A stretch of 64,000 bases of DNA from NCBI GenBank assembly GCA_016868575.1, contig VGGL01000001.1, positions 20,995 through 84,994 on the forward strand. Reading direction: 5' to 3'. Positions 8,847 through 18,150 of the stretch are shown piece after piece. Position numbers and translations under genes: made by a program. This stretch comes from Bacteroidota bacterium (GTDB lineage Bacteria; Bacteroidota; Bacteroidia; Bacteroidales; FEN-979). Numbering within the stretch: position 1 is the stretch's first letter; each line of letters opens with the position of its first letter. Below the pieces are notes generated by a model. The model searched no databases. It had not been told where the DNA came from and saw nothing but the letters and a program-made list of their open reading frames with translations.

Positions 8847-10106
8847 TTGAATATATGGATCAACCTGGTGAATGGTGTGCAAGATGATGACGAAAACAAT
8901 GATACGGCCAACAAGGTAGTTAACAAGGTTTGTTACACTGTCCCCAAAATCCCTTGTTTTGAAGAATTTACAAGTTCTACCTGCGGCCCTTGCGCCAGCT
9001 TCAACAGTGGATTTGTACCCTGGTGTGCTCAGCATGAAGACGAGATCACCCTCGTTAAATACCAGATGAATTGGCCTGGAAGCGGCGATCCTTATTACAC
9101 TGCTAAAGGTGGCGTTCGCCGCACCTACTATGGCGTTGGCTGGGTACCATGGCTCGTCGTCAACGGCGGTTTCGTTGACACCGATATGGGCGCCGTGCAA
9201 AATGCTTTTGATCAGGCTATCCTGCAACCAGGTTTGCTTGATATTGCCGCATCGCACTCCATTACTAATACCTCCATTACAGTGGATGTCACTGTGCTGC
9301 CATTCTCCAATTTTAATAACTTCAGGGTACATATCGTTGTTTTTGAGTATATTACAACTGGAAATGTGGCTACAAACGGAGAGACCGAATTCCACCATGT
9401 CATGATGAAAATGATCCCGGATGCCAACGGAACTACCGTAAACTTTACCGACCGGGTTCCTTTCCACATCAACCAAACAGTGGATCTTGCCAATACCTTT
9501 GTTGAGGACTTTTCAGACCTCGGCGTGGTCGTGATTGTTCAGGACTTCAATTCCATGGATGTGTATCAATCGGTGTATTCGGAGGAAAACGGGCAATTTG
9601 CCACAGAGGCCCGCCTGCAATCCCTCTCGGTGGATGGAACAGCAGTACCTGGCTTTGACCCGGATACCTTCGACTACACCCATACCTTGCAAGGTGGCGC
9701 TACGGTTGTTCCAACCGTTACCGGCGTTCCCATGGATCAAAATGCCATTGCCATTGTGATCCCGGCCCTTGAACTCCCCGGAACAACTACGGTTGATGTA
9801 TTTGCAGAAGACCTGCTAACACACAATACATATAATGTGAACTTTGAGTGGGCAACCGGAGTCAACGAGCCATCTGCTAAGGCTATCCGGGTAACCCCCA
9901 ACCCATCAGCCGGAAGGATCATTATCTCCGGGGCTGATCATACCAACATCACTGTTTTCAATACCACCGGAAAAGAGATGCTCAGGATTCAAGACTTTAC
10001 GGCCAACTCGCTCGACCTCTCCTCCTTCCCGGAAGGGATCTACCTACTGAATATTGAGAAGACAAACGGCACAACCTTGAACCATAAAATCGTTCTGGTG
10101 AAATAG
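8847..10106 (+). CDS. Omp28/thioredoxin-like plus cadherin-like beta-sandwich protein with a type-A T9SS C-terminal sorting domain. No signal peptide is visible, so it may be 5'-truncated.
   Basis: The FEEFTSSTCGPCASFN motif is present, and LQSLSVDGTAVPGFDPDTFDYT is cadherin-like. The CTD reads VTPNPSAGRIIIS...GIYLLNIEKTNGTTLNHKIVLVK. The ORF opens on TTG, and the first in-frame ATG is codon 74 (nt 9066). Confidence 0.65.
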   Translation: MNIWINLVNGVQDDDENNDTANKVVNKVCYTVPKIPCFEEFTSSTCGPCASFNSGFVPWCAQHEDEITLVKYQMNWPGSGDPYYTAKGGVRRTYYGVGWVPWLVVNGGFVDTDMGAVQNAFDQAILQPGLLDIAASHSITNTSITVDVTVLPFSNFNNFRVHIVVFEYITTGNVATNGETEFHHVMMKMIPDANGTTVNFTDRVPFHINQTVDLANTFVEDFSDLGVVVIVQDFNSMDVYQSVYSEENGQFATEARLQSLSVDGTAVPGFDPDTFDYTHTLQGGATVVPTVTGVPMDQNAIAIVIPALELPGTTTVDVFAEDLLTHNTYNVNFEWATGVNEPSAKAIRVTPNPSAGRIIISGADHTNITVFNTTGKEMLRIQDFTANSLDLSSFPEGIYLLNIEKTNGTTLNHKIVLVK

Positions 10107-10137
10107 CCTGTCCTCTTTGCCCTCTGTCAAGAGAAAT

Positions 10138-10172
10138 AAAAAAGCCGCACTGAAATTCCAAGCGGCTTTTTT
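10138..10172. terminator. Bidirectional intrinsic terminator between convergent genes.
   Basis: The 11-bp stem AAAAAAGCCGC/GCGGCTTTTTT encloses a 13-nt loop. A T-run follows on the plus strand and an A-run precedes it, which gives a T-run on the minus strand. Confidence 0.75.
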
Positions 10173-10188
10173 GTTTACCCAAAGGTCA

Positions 10189-10722
10189 TTATAAGGAATC
10201 ATCAAATCTTGCATCCATGGGTACAACCGGGGCAAGCGACCGGATAAGATCCGGGTTGATCCCGCTTCCTTCTACTTTCAGTGGAGCATCCTCAAATGTT
10301 GCTTCTGCAGGAACATCAGGTGTAAGGTTTGAATAAGCCCGGCGAGTGAATGTAGCCGCATCGCGGCTGTCGTCAAAGGCAGCTTCTGATGGTACCTCAG
10401 GAGATAAGTTCTTGAAGCTGACTGTCTCGGGTATCGCATCTTCGAAGGAAGCCTCAACCGGGACTTCAGGTGCCGGAAAAGAGAAATCCGGATTTTTTAT
10501 CGAAATCACGAACCGGATCTCGTTACCTGTTGATGCCAACAAGACGGAACTCCCATCAGTATTGCCAGTGGTCTCAGCAACGGGCTCTTGCATAACTACC
10601 TGCATCGTTTGTACCTGGTCGGTTTTAGCCTTTTTACCGGAAGGAATGGTTTGTTCCGGGTCATTTCCTTGCATTATCAGCATCACGTAGGCTATCAGCG
10701 AGATTAAAAGCGTTGTTTTCAT
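10189..10722 (-). CDS. Secreted hypothetical protein with four P-x-V-P-x-E/D-A-x-F-D/E-D repeats.
   Basis: N-terminal signal peptide MKTTLLISLIAYVMLIM. The repeats are PAPEVPVEASFEDA, LSPEVPSEAAFDDS, LTPDVPAEATFEDA and LAPVVPMDARFDDS. Confidence 0.6.
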   Translation of the reverse strand: MKTTLLISLIAYVMLIMQGNDPEQTIPSGKKAKTDQVQTMQVVMQEPVAETTGNTDGSSVLLASTGNEIRFVISIKNPDFSFPAPEVPVEASFEDAIPETVSFKNLSPEVPSEAAFDDSRDAATFTRRAYSNLTPDVPAEATFEDAPLKVEGSGINPDLIRSLAPVVPMDARFDDSL

Positions 10723-10969
10723 ATTCGTTTGGTTTTTGACTTGTTTTTTCAGTTCATAAGACGTTGGTTTTTTCCTTTAGTTACATTTTCGAAAATTCCG
10801 GACGTCATTTATTATTTAACTGAAAATGATTAATTTATGATACAAAATTCGGTGTATTGACAGAAATGGCTACCCCCTTTTCGATGAATCCCCGATTTTT
10901 CCAGTTGAGTTCAGAAAATTCATATGGTAATGTAGAAAAACCGGAAATTCAAATATCCTGGCGAATGCG

Positions 10970-10977
10970 TACCTTTG
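10970..10977 (+). promoter_or_regulatory. -7 promoter box (TACCTTTG) for the endonuclease I gene.
   Basis: TAnnTTTG match 24 nt upstream of the ATG at 11002. It overlaps the track's TTG start at 10975, which argues against that start. Confidence 0.5.
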
Positions 10978-11001
10978 CATTTTATCAAGTTTTCACATAT
11001 A

Positions 11002-12087
11002 ATGTATTCATTGACACGCCCTTATTCTTCAATAATCCTTGCGCTTTTAAGCCTAGGACTGTTTTTCTCCATCACGATAAATGCCCAGATACCGCCAGGT
11101 TACTATGACGGCACGCAGGGTTTATCAGGGACTGCGTTGAAATCGGCCCTTCATGATATCATTAAAAACCACCGGTCTCAATCGTATTCCTCTCTCTGGG
11201 ATCATTTTGAACAAACGGATAAAAAAGGAAACGGGACTGTGTGGGATATGTACTCCGACATACCCGGCGGCACCCCGCCTTATGTTTACAACTTCACGGC
11301 ATCTGATCAATGTGGAACCTACTCCCAGGAGGGAGATTGCTATAACCGGGAGCATAGTTTTCCGCAAAGCTGGTTTAACAGTGGAATGCCCATGAAGTCT
11401 GACTTGTTCCACCTTGTACCAACTGACGGATTTGTAAATGGAAAAAGGGGGGATCTTCCTTTCGGGGATGTGGGTGCTACCACCTGGACCTCGATGAATG
11501 GCAGCAAGCTCGGCGATTGCATCACGTCAGGTTATTCCGGAACCGTGTTCGAGCCGATTGATGGATATAAAGGTGACATGGCCAGATCATTCTTTTACAT
11601 GGCAACCCGGTATTATTCGGAAGACGGTAGTTGGCCCGGAAGCCCCATGGTTAATGGTGCTGAACCCCTTCCCTGGGCGCGGGACATGCTGATGGAATGG
11701 GCCGAAAATGACCCTGTCAGCCAGAAAGAGATCAATCGCAACAATGCTGTTTACCAAATCCAGGACAACCGGAACCCCTTCATCGATCACCCGGAATTCA
11801 TACAATCCATCTGGGGTTCCCCATCGTTGATAATAACTGAGAACTCTCTGCAAATTCACTTATGGCCTGTTCCCTTTTTGGATGTTGTGAACATTTCCAT
11901 CCCTGAAACGATCCTTTCCAAAGATCTTTCTGTGACCGTGACCGATGCAGCGGGAAAAGAGATAAAGGCTGATTTAGACTTTGGTCCCGACCGGGTAGTC
12001 ATTCACACAACTACCTGGCCAAGAGGCTTTTACTTATTTTCAATAAGGTCGGAAAACGGAGTTCAGGTGCTTCGCGCCATTAAATGA
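11002..12087 (+). CDS. Secreted endonuclease I family nuclease with a T9SS C-terminal sorting domain.
   Basis: Signal peptide MYSLTRPYSSIILALLSLGLFFSITINA|Q. Endonuclease_1 motifs NREHSFPQSWF and DLFHLVPTDGFVNGKRG are present. The CTD-like tail ends RGFYLFSIRSENGVQVLRAIK. Confidence 0.8.
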   Translation: MYSLTRPYSSIILALLSLGLFFSITINAQIPPGYYDGTQGLSGTALKSALHDIIKNHRSQSYSSLWDHFEQTDKKGNGTVWDMYSDIPGGTPPYVYNFTASDQCGTYSQEGDCYNREHSFPQSWFNSGMPMKSDLFHLVPTDGFVNGKRGDLPFGDVGATTWTSMNGSKLGDCITSGYSGTVFEPIDGYKGDMARSFFYMATRYYSEDGSWPGSPMVNGAEPLPWARDMLMEWAENDPVSQKEINRNNAVYQIQDNRNPFIDHPEFIQSIWGSPSLIITENSLQIHLWPVPFLDVVNISIPETILSKDLSVTVTDAAGKEIKADLDFGPDRVVIHTTTWPRGFYLFSIRSENGVQVLRAIK

Positions 12088-12096
12088 TCCGGCTTA

Positions 12097-14226
12097 TCAT
12101 TCCAGGTAATCCTTAAAGTAGGTTACAATTTTCTGGTTGAGATGTTTCCTGTCTTTTCCACGGATGTTATGTTCGTGGCCGGGGTAGACGAAATAGTCGA
12201 TCATCTTTCCTTTTTCAATACAGCTTTGCAGGAAAACCAGGCTGTTTTGCCAGACAACTGTCGGATCCATGGTTCCATGAATGATGAGGAGGTGTCCCTG
12301 TAGCCGATCGACCATGTTGGGCAAGCAACTTTTTTGGTAACCCTCTGAGTTTTCCAGGGGTGTGTCCATGTAGCGTTCTCCATACATCACTTCATAGTAT
12401 TCCCAATTGGTCACCGGGCCTCCGGCAACCACAGTCTTAAATACCCCGGGGCGTTGGAGCATCATGGATAGGGTTAAAAAACCACCGTAACTCCAGCCAT
12501 TCAATCCGATCCGAAGGGTATCCACATAGGGTTGATTCTTCAGGTAACCGATTCCGGTCATCTGGTCTTCCACTTCATACTGGCCAAGGTTTCTGAAAAT
12601 GGCTTGTTCAAAGTCTTTTCCGCGGTTATTGGTTCCCCGGTTATCCAGTGTATATACGATATATCCTTCAGCCGCAAGATAATTCAGGAACAGCCCACCG
12701 CCGGCCAGCCAGGAATTGGTAACCGACTGCGAGTGAGGACCGCCATATACATAAACGATCACAGGATATTTCTTTGTTGAATCAAAACCGGGTGGAAGAA
12801 TTATTCGACCATACAGATCAAGACCATCCTGATTGCGGATTTTCAAGATCCTGGTTTTTCCAAGAGAATAATCCTTTAGGGGGTTTTTTGATTCCAGGAG
12901 GGTACGGATTACTTTCCCATCCCCGGTTACTAATCGGTAAGTTGTTGGAACCGCTTGACTGGAGAACTGATCGATCAGGTATGAGCCTTCCGGGCTGACA
13001 TAAGCCGTGTGCTGTCCGGGATCTTTGGAGATCCGCTGTATTCCCTCTCTACGCAGGGGGGCACGATAAAGGTCAACATCCAGAGGACTTTCTTTGGTTG
13101 CACTGAAGAAAACAAATTGTCCCTGCTCATCCATGCCATCAATACTTACTACTTCCCAGAGGCCTGACGTGACCTGTCGAAGCAGCTTCCCTGACGTATG
13201 ATACAGATACAAATGCATGAATCCGCTCCTGCGGCTCAACCAAAGGAATTCATCCTGCTTACCGGGAATGAAAAACATACCATGGAGCGGTTCAACATAC
13301 CTTGGGTCTGTTTCGGTGAACAAGGTAGCTTGCCTTGAACCATCTTTCACCTGGTAACTGTTCAATTGCATGGTATCCTGGCTCCGGTTGAGTTCTGCAA
13401 CAAACAGCAATTTTTCAGCCGGATCCCAGGTAATATTGGTCAGGTAATGATCCGGCGGAGGACCTGTCTGAAGATAAACGGTTGATCGCAACTCCGAGTC
13501 GTAGATACCGATGGTTACCTGATGGCTTGTTTGTCCTGCCATCGGATAACGTGTTTCTTTGACAGAAGCAATAGGTTCAGTGAGGTCGACCAATGGATAT
13601 GCTGCCACCATCGATTCATCCATCCGGTAAAAAGCCAGATACCTGCCCGAAGGGGACCAGAAGGTGCCCTTTTCAATTCCCCACTCATTCCGGTGAACCG
13701 TTTTTCCGTAAACAAGTCCATTCCCTCCGTCGTCACTGATGGGAATGATTTCCTTATTCAACGCAATCAGCAGGTTGTCCTCCACGGTAAAAGCTACGGC
13801 GCCTGTTTTGTCCATGATGTCTTCATTTTCAGCTGTTTCATCCCATGTGTTAAGTGTTTTCAGTGTGTTGCCATCGAGATCAAATTGAAAGAGCTGGTTG
13901 TTATCCTGGAAGATGAAAGTCGAAGGGCCGGTAAACCGGAGCATGGGAAATCGCTTCATCGTTTTGAAACCCAGTGAACGGAGCGCCCCATTGATATAGG
14001 CAAGGTTGACGATCGTATCGGAAAGATCATTCTGAATGCCACAGCGAACCAGGGCATTTTTTTCCACCCAGCAATACATGCCGGATCGCCCGGCCCATTG
14101 CAATTGTCTCATCGTCGAAGGAAAAAGCGAAGGGTTTAATCCTGAGGCATCCTCGATCGTGAGCGTTTTTTGTCCACTTACAGACCATGCTGCTGCGAGC
14201 AGTAAAATAGAAAGCAACCATTTCAT
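12097..14226 (-). CDS. Dipeptidyl-peptidase IV (S9B prolyl oligopeptidase family).
   Basis: Signal peptide, a DPP-IV N-terminal propeller region, the catalytic GWSYGG motif, and the C-terminal Asp/His region (HGTMD, YPGHEHNI). Confidence 0.85.
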   Translation of the reverse strand: MKWLLSILLLAAAWSVSGQKTLTIEDASGLNPSLFPSTMRQLQWAGRSGMYCWVEKNALVRCGIQNDLSDTIVNLAYINGALRSLGFKTMKRFPMLRFTGPSTFIFQDNNQLFQFDLDGNTLKTLNTWDETAENEDIMDKTGAVAFTVEDNLLIALNKEIIPISDDGGNGLVYGKTVHRNEWGIEKGTFWSPSGRYLAFYRMDESMVAAYPLVDLTEPIASVKETRYPMAGQTSHQVTIGIYDSELRSTVYLQTGPPPDHYLTNITWDPAEKLLFVAELNRSQDTMQLNSYQVKDGSRQATLFTETDPRYVEPLHGMFFIPGKQDEFLWLSRRSGFMHLYLYHTSGKLLRQVTSGLWEVVSIDGMDEQGQFVFFSATKESPLDVDLYRAPLRREGIQRISKDPGQHTAYVSPEGSYLIDQFSSQAVPTTYRLVTGDGKVIRTLLESKNPLKDYSLGKTRILKIRNQDGLDLYGRIILPPGFDSTKKYPVIVYVYGGPHSQSVTNSWLAGGGLFLNYLAAEGYIVYTLDNRGTNNRGKDFEQAIFRNLGQYEVEDQMTGIGYLKNQPYVDTLRIGLNGWSYGGFLTLSMMLQRPGVFKTVVAGGPVTNWEYYEVMYGERYMDTPLENSEGYQKSCLPNMVDRLQGHLLIIHGTMDPTVVWQNSLVFLQSCIEKGKMIDYFVYPGHEHNIRGKDRKHLNQKIVTYFKDYLE

Positions 14227-14238
14227 ATCATGGAAGGA

Positions 14239-14976
14239 TTAAACATTGTGGATGGCCCTGGCCATCACGGAGATGAGTGATTCATTTTCTTCGATGGCGT
14301 TTCCGACGACGACGACATCGGCTCCGCTGAAGCATGCGGTTGCAGCCTGGTCCGCCGTACGTATCCCGCCGCCAACAACAATGGGTATTTTTACAGCTTC
14401 ATGAACGGCTTTGATCATGTTGGTTGGGACCGGATTCATGGCTCCGCTGCCTGCATCCAGGTAAATGAGGTCAAGACCGAGCATCTCCCCGGCAAGCGCC
14501 GTGCAGGCAGCAATGTCATCTTTGTCAGCCGGAATGGGGTGTGAATGGCTTATGTAGGAAACCGAGGTAGGACGACCGCTTTCGATGACCATGTACCCGG
14601 TTGGGATCACTTCCAGTTTGCTGGCCTTAATATAAGGTGCCGCCATCACATGTTTTCCAATGAGCATCTCGGCGTTGCGGCCGGAGATCAGGGATAACAG
14701 CAACAAGGCATCCGCTGCAGGATCGATTTGAAGGCTGTTTCCGGGAAACAGGACAACGGGGATGTTCGATTCCTTTTTAATGGTCTGAACGATACTTTCA
14801 TGAGAAATGTTAGAGATCAGGCTGCCTCCGACGAAATAAAGGTCAACGCCACCTTTCTTTGTCTTCCTGATCAGCCGTGAGAGCGATGCACCCTGTACCT
14901 TATCGGGATCGATCAACAGGGCAAAGAGCTTTTCCCCTTTGGCAGATTTTAATTTAATGTATGGATATATTTTCAT
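14239..14976 (-). CDS. Geranylgeranylglyceryl/heptaprenylglyceryl phosphate synthase family protein (PcrB/GGGPS-like TIM barrel).
   Basis: At 245 aa it has LIDPDK near the N-terminus, FVGGS, and the C-terminal phosphate-binding stretch VVGGGIR...VVVGNAIEEN, all typical of GGGPS/PcrB. Confidence 0.7.
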   Translation of the reverse strand: MKIYPYIKLKSAKGEKLFALLIDPDKVQGASLSRLIRKTKKGGVDLYFVGGSLISNISHESIVQTIKKESNIPVVLFPGNSLQIDPAADALLLLSLISGRNAEMLIGKHVMAAPYIKASKLEVIPTGYMVIESGRPTSVSYISHSHPIPADKDDIAACTALAGEMLGLDLIYLDAGSGAMNPVPTNMIKAVHEAVKIPIVVGGGIRTADQAATACFSGADVVVVGNAIEENESLISVMARAIHNV

Positions 14977-14990
14977 AGGTCAAGCGATTA

Positions 14991-15650
14991 TTACCGTGAA
15001 CAGGCATATGTGAGCACCCAGGGATCCCTGAAAAAGTAATGAACTAAGTACTTTCTGGACTTTCCGGAGTAAGAAACCGTAAGCAAAAAATCCCCATGAG
15101 GTTGAAGTTCAGGGATGTCAATACTCATGTGCGTACGAAAGTCTATTTTTCTGTTATCCAGCAGTTTATATACGGATTCTTTGGCACACCAGCACAGGTA
15201 AAACAGCTCTTTCTGATATTGGGAGCCAATCGCTTCGATTTCCTGCAGCGAAAGAAACTGTTCTTTAACCCTCAGAATACGGTCACTTATCTTTTCAATA
15301 TCGATACCAACAGGGTAAGTGTCAGAGACGATAGCGGTAGCATAATCTCCTGAGTGCGAAAGAGATAAATATCCATGCTTATTCTGAAAAACCGGTTTTC
15401 CGCTTTTTTGCCAGGTGATGCCTGCAGAACTTTTCTCCGTTAATGCAGCCAGGAGATTCATATTGGCAAGCCACTGTTTCTTTCTCGACGGGTTTTTCAT
15501 CTCGCCATATCGCTCCTTTTGTTCCGGCAATAAGGTGATCGACTTTTCTAACTCATCTATTTCTTCCGAGATATGCCAGACGCCAAGTCGGGTTGATGTT
15601 TCAGGATTATGGAAAAATTCAACTGGCATCTGCAGGCTCGATTTTTTCAA
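14991..15650 (-). CDS. 4'-phosphopantetheinyl transferase (Sfp-type).
   Basis: Motifs GIDIEKI and WCAKESVYK are present. The start could instead be the internal MPVEFF. Confidence 0.75.
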   Translation of the reverse strand: MKKSSLQMPVEFFHNPETSTRLGVWHISEEIDELEKSITLLPEQKERYGEMKNPSRKKQWLANMNLLAALTEKSSAGITWQKSGKPVFQNKHGYLSLSHSGDYATAIVSDTYPVGIDIEKISDRILRVKEQFLSLQEIEAIGSQYQKELFYLCWCAKESVYKLLDNRKIDFRTHMSIDIPELQPHGDFLLTVSYSGKSRKYLVHYFFRDPWVLTYACSR

Positions 15651-15694
15651 ATTGTTTCAAAGATACTTTTTTTCTTGTGAACCCATTGATTTGG

Positions 15695-15702
15695 TATCTT
15701 TG
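15695..15702 (+). promoter_or_regulatory. -7 promoter box (TATCTTTG) for ahcY.
   Basis: TAnnTTTG match 21 nt upstream of the ATG at 15724. Confidence 0.55.
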
Positions 15703-15723
15703 CAGCCCAATTTGAAATACCCT

Positions 15724-17145
15724 ATGCAAAGAACAACAGAAAACACAATCAAAGACTATAAAGTTGCCGATATTTCCCTGGCTGAGTGGGGAAGGAAAGA
15801 GATTGAGATCGCTGAGCAGGAGATGCCGGGTTTGATGAGCCTCCGGGCTAAGTATGGCAAGCAGAAACCGCTAAAGGGGGCACGAATTACAGGCTCCCTG
15901 CACATGACCATCCAAACGGCCGTGCTGATTGAAACATTGATTGAGCTGGGCGCTGATGTTCGCTGGGCAAGCTGTAATATCTTCTCTACCCAGGATCATG
16001 CTGCTGCTGCCATAGCGGCCAAAGGGATTCCTGTATTTGCTTGGAAGGGCGAAACCCTGAAGGAATACTGGTGGTGCACAAAAATGGCGCTTTCTTTCCC
16101 CGGCGGGAAAGGCCCGAATCAGATCGTAGATGATGGCGGCGACGCCACCTTGCTGGTTCACAAGGGATTCGAAGTCGAGAACGATCCTTCTTTATTGAAA
16201 GCTACTCCATCCAACCCGGAAGAAGCCACAGTTTTAAAGACGCTGCAGGATGTATTTGTAGAGGATTCTACGTGCTGGCATCGAATGGTAAAGGAGCTGA
16301 AGGGTGTTTCTGAAGAGACCACCACCGGCGTGCATCGGCTTTATCAGATGAAGGAAAAAGGAACCTTGCTTTTTCCAGCCGTTAATGTGAATGATTCGGT
16401 GACCAAGTCAAAGTTCGATAATCTTTATGGCTGCCGGGAATCGTTGGCAGATGGTCTGAAACGGGCCATGGATGTGATGATCGCCGGGAAAGTTGTGGTG
16501 GTCTTGGGGTACGGAGATGTGGGTAAGGGATGTGCCAAGTCCATGCGTTCCTACGGCGCCAGGGTAATTGTTACGGAAATTGATCCCATCTGTGCCATGC
16601 AGGCTGCCATGGAAGGATTTGAAGTGACTACCCTGGAAGATGCATTACCGGAAGGAAACATCTTTGTAACCGCTACCGGAAACAAATCGGTCATCCGCAC
16701 CGGGCACATGCGGAAAATGAATGACCAGGCGATCATTTGCAATATCGGTCATTTTGATAACGAAATAGAAGTCAACGAGTTGGATGATCTGCAGGATGTC
16801 ATCAGGACGAACATTAAGCCGCAGGTAGACAAGTATACTTTCCCGGGAGGCAAAGAGATGTTCCTGCTGGCAGAAGGACGATTGGTCAATCTGGGTTGTG
16901 CTACCGGCCATCCATCCTTTGTCATGAGCAACTCCTTTACCAACCAAACCCTGGCCCAATTGGATCTCTGGCAAAACACCTATTCTGTAGATGTTTACCG
17001 CTTACCCAAAAAACTGGATGAAGAGGTGGCCCGGCTGCACCTTGAGAAGATTGGCGTCAAACTGACGCAACTTACGAAAGAACAGGCTGATTATATCGGT
17101 GTATCTGTTGAAGGCCCCTTCAAACCGGAGCACTACAGGTACTAG
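15724..17145 (+). CDS. ahcY: Adenosylhomocysteinase.
   Basis: [41 protein letters not shown] site GYGDVGKG, and the C-terminus HYRY. The long upstream extension in the track (from 15415) overlaps the PPTase gene and was rejected. Confidence 0.95.
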   Translation: MQRTTENTIKDYKVADISLAEWGRKEIEIAEQEMPGLMSLRAKYGKQKPLKGARITGSLHMTIQTAVLIETLIELGADVRWASCNIFSTQDHAAAAIAAKGIPVFAWKGETLKEYWWCTKMALSFPGGKGPNQIVDDGGDATLLVHKGFEVENDPSLLKATPSNPEEATVLKTLQDVFVEDSTCWHRMVKELKGVSEETTTGVHRLYQMKEKGTLLFPAVNVNDSVTKSKFDNLYGCRESLADGLKRAMDVMIAGKVVVVLGYGDVGKGCAKSMRSYGARVIVTEIDPICAMQAAMEGFEVTTLEDALPEGNIFVTATGNKSVIRTGHMRKMNDQAIICNIGHFDNEIEVNELDDLQDVIRTNIKPQVDKYTFPGGKEMFLLAEGRLVNLGCATGHPSFVMSNSFTNQTLAQLDLWQNTYSVDVYRLPKKLDEEVARLHLEKIGVKLTQLTKEQADYIGVSVEGPFKPEHYRY

Positions 17146-17163
17146 TCTGCGTGAGGTATCTAG

Positions 17164-17604
17164 CTAGTTCGAAACGTACAGGTAAACCCCGTCGTAGACG
17201 GTTGCATAGGAAAGCAGGGAATAGGGTGATGGGCCTTCAAACGGTGTTCCGTCCAACAACAGAAACCGGCTGCCACACACCGGACATCTGGCTGTAATCC
17301 CCGACTCTTCCACATCCACATAGGCATCGGCAGAAACATAATGGTCGTAAGGACAAGCCCTTTCAAAGGCATTGAACTCCTCTATCCCTGCCCTGTAAGC
17401 CAGGATTCCCCGGTATCCGCCGGTTAAATACTCATGACCACTCACGGCATTCAATCCCTGATACTGCGTTGAGTTGGGATTGATAGAAAAACTTACATAG
17501 ACATAGGGGATGTCCACCCGGTCATCATCTTGTTTCTTACACCCTGGAAGCAACATTAGGAACAGCCCGCCAAATAAGAAAAGTGTGATAACGAATCTCT
17601 TCAT
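17164..17604 (-). CDS. Lipoprotein with a Rieske-like fold signature but non-canonical cluster ligands.
   Basis: Lipobox LLPGC. CPYDH occupies the place of CxH, and CPVCGSRF the place of CxxHGSxF. This is followed by DGTPFEGPSPYSL. Confidence 0.5.
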   Translation of the reverse strand: MKRFVITLFLFGGLFLMLLPGCKKQDDDRVDIPYVYVSFSINPNSTQYQGLNAVSGHEYLTGGYRGILAYRAGIEEFNAFERACPYDHYVSADAYVDVEESGITARCPVCGSRFLLLDGTPFEGPSPYSLLSYATVYDGVYLYVSN

Positions 17605-17705
17605 ACCATGAGAAATCTTGAGTCAAAGGTACACATTCGGAACGATGAGGAAGAAAAATATTTGATCCGGTGGCGGTTGATTCAAAAATTGTTGTAATTT
17701 AGTGT

Positions 17706-17972
17706 TTGAAAATGAACATGCCAAGATGGTTTCCATGGGTCTTCACGATCCTTTTTTTGACACCGGTTGCATGGTCCTGCAAGGTATCAGGTGAATCGGC
17801 AGCAAAACGGAAGATGGAGCGGTCGCAAAAGAAGCAAGACAGAGAGGCACTCAAGGAATACCGGGCGGCTTTGAAGAGGCATCTGAAAATGCAGGATCCA
17901 ACCACCCGTAAAAGGATGCGCAAGACCCTCAGGCAATCAAAAAAAGACCTCGATAAGCTGGAATTTGACTGA
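17706..17972 (+). CDS. Small basic secreted or lipoprotein-like hypothetical protein.
   Basis: Hydrophobic N-terminus ending VAWSC, followed by a Lys/Arg-rich helical region (KRHLKMQDPTTRKRMRKT). It sits in an otherwise empty intergenic region. Confidence 0.45.
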   Translation: MKMNMPRWFPWVFTILFLTPVAWSCKVSGESAAKRKMERSQKKQDREALKEYRAALKRHLKMQDPTTRKRMRKTLRQSKKDLDKLEFD

Positions 17973-18150
17973 ACATTTTCCAATTCTTGTTTCCCCGGTT
18001 CTGTTGGTGATCCTGTTTCAAGGGGTATTTCCCTGGAATTGAAGGGATCATGAAGAAGATGTTAACTTTTGTTAAAATTGTTTGTTGAACTGAAATATTT
18101 TCTTTTTAACTTTACCCACTTTTTTCAGCAAGATATTATCTAACATAAAA

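Noticed and set aside
10857-11108. An 83-aa plus-strand ORF upstream of and overlapping the endonuclease I gene.
   Set aside because: It is in a different frame from the nuclease, spans the promoter box, and has no signal or motif. It is most likely non-coding intergenic sequence.
15415-15723. A long N-terminal extension of the ahcY ORF (track start 15415).
   Set aside because: The extension overlaps the convergently read PPTase gene and has no AhcY homology. A TATCTTTG box at 15695 and a canonical AhcY N-terminus ([14 protein letters not shown]) fix the start at 15724.
15651-15723. A possible SAH riboswitch upstream of ahcY.
   Set aside because: Only about 20 nt separate the promoter box from the ATG. 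There is no room for a structured leader and no conserved pseudoknot sequence is visible.
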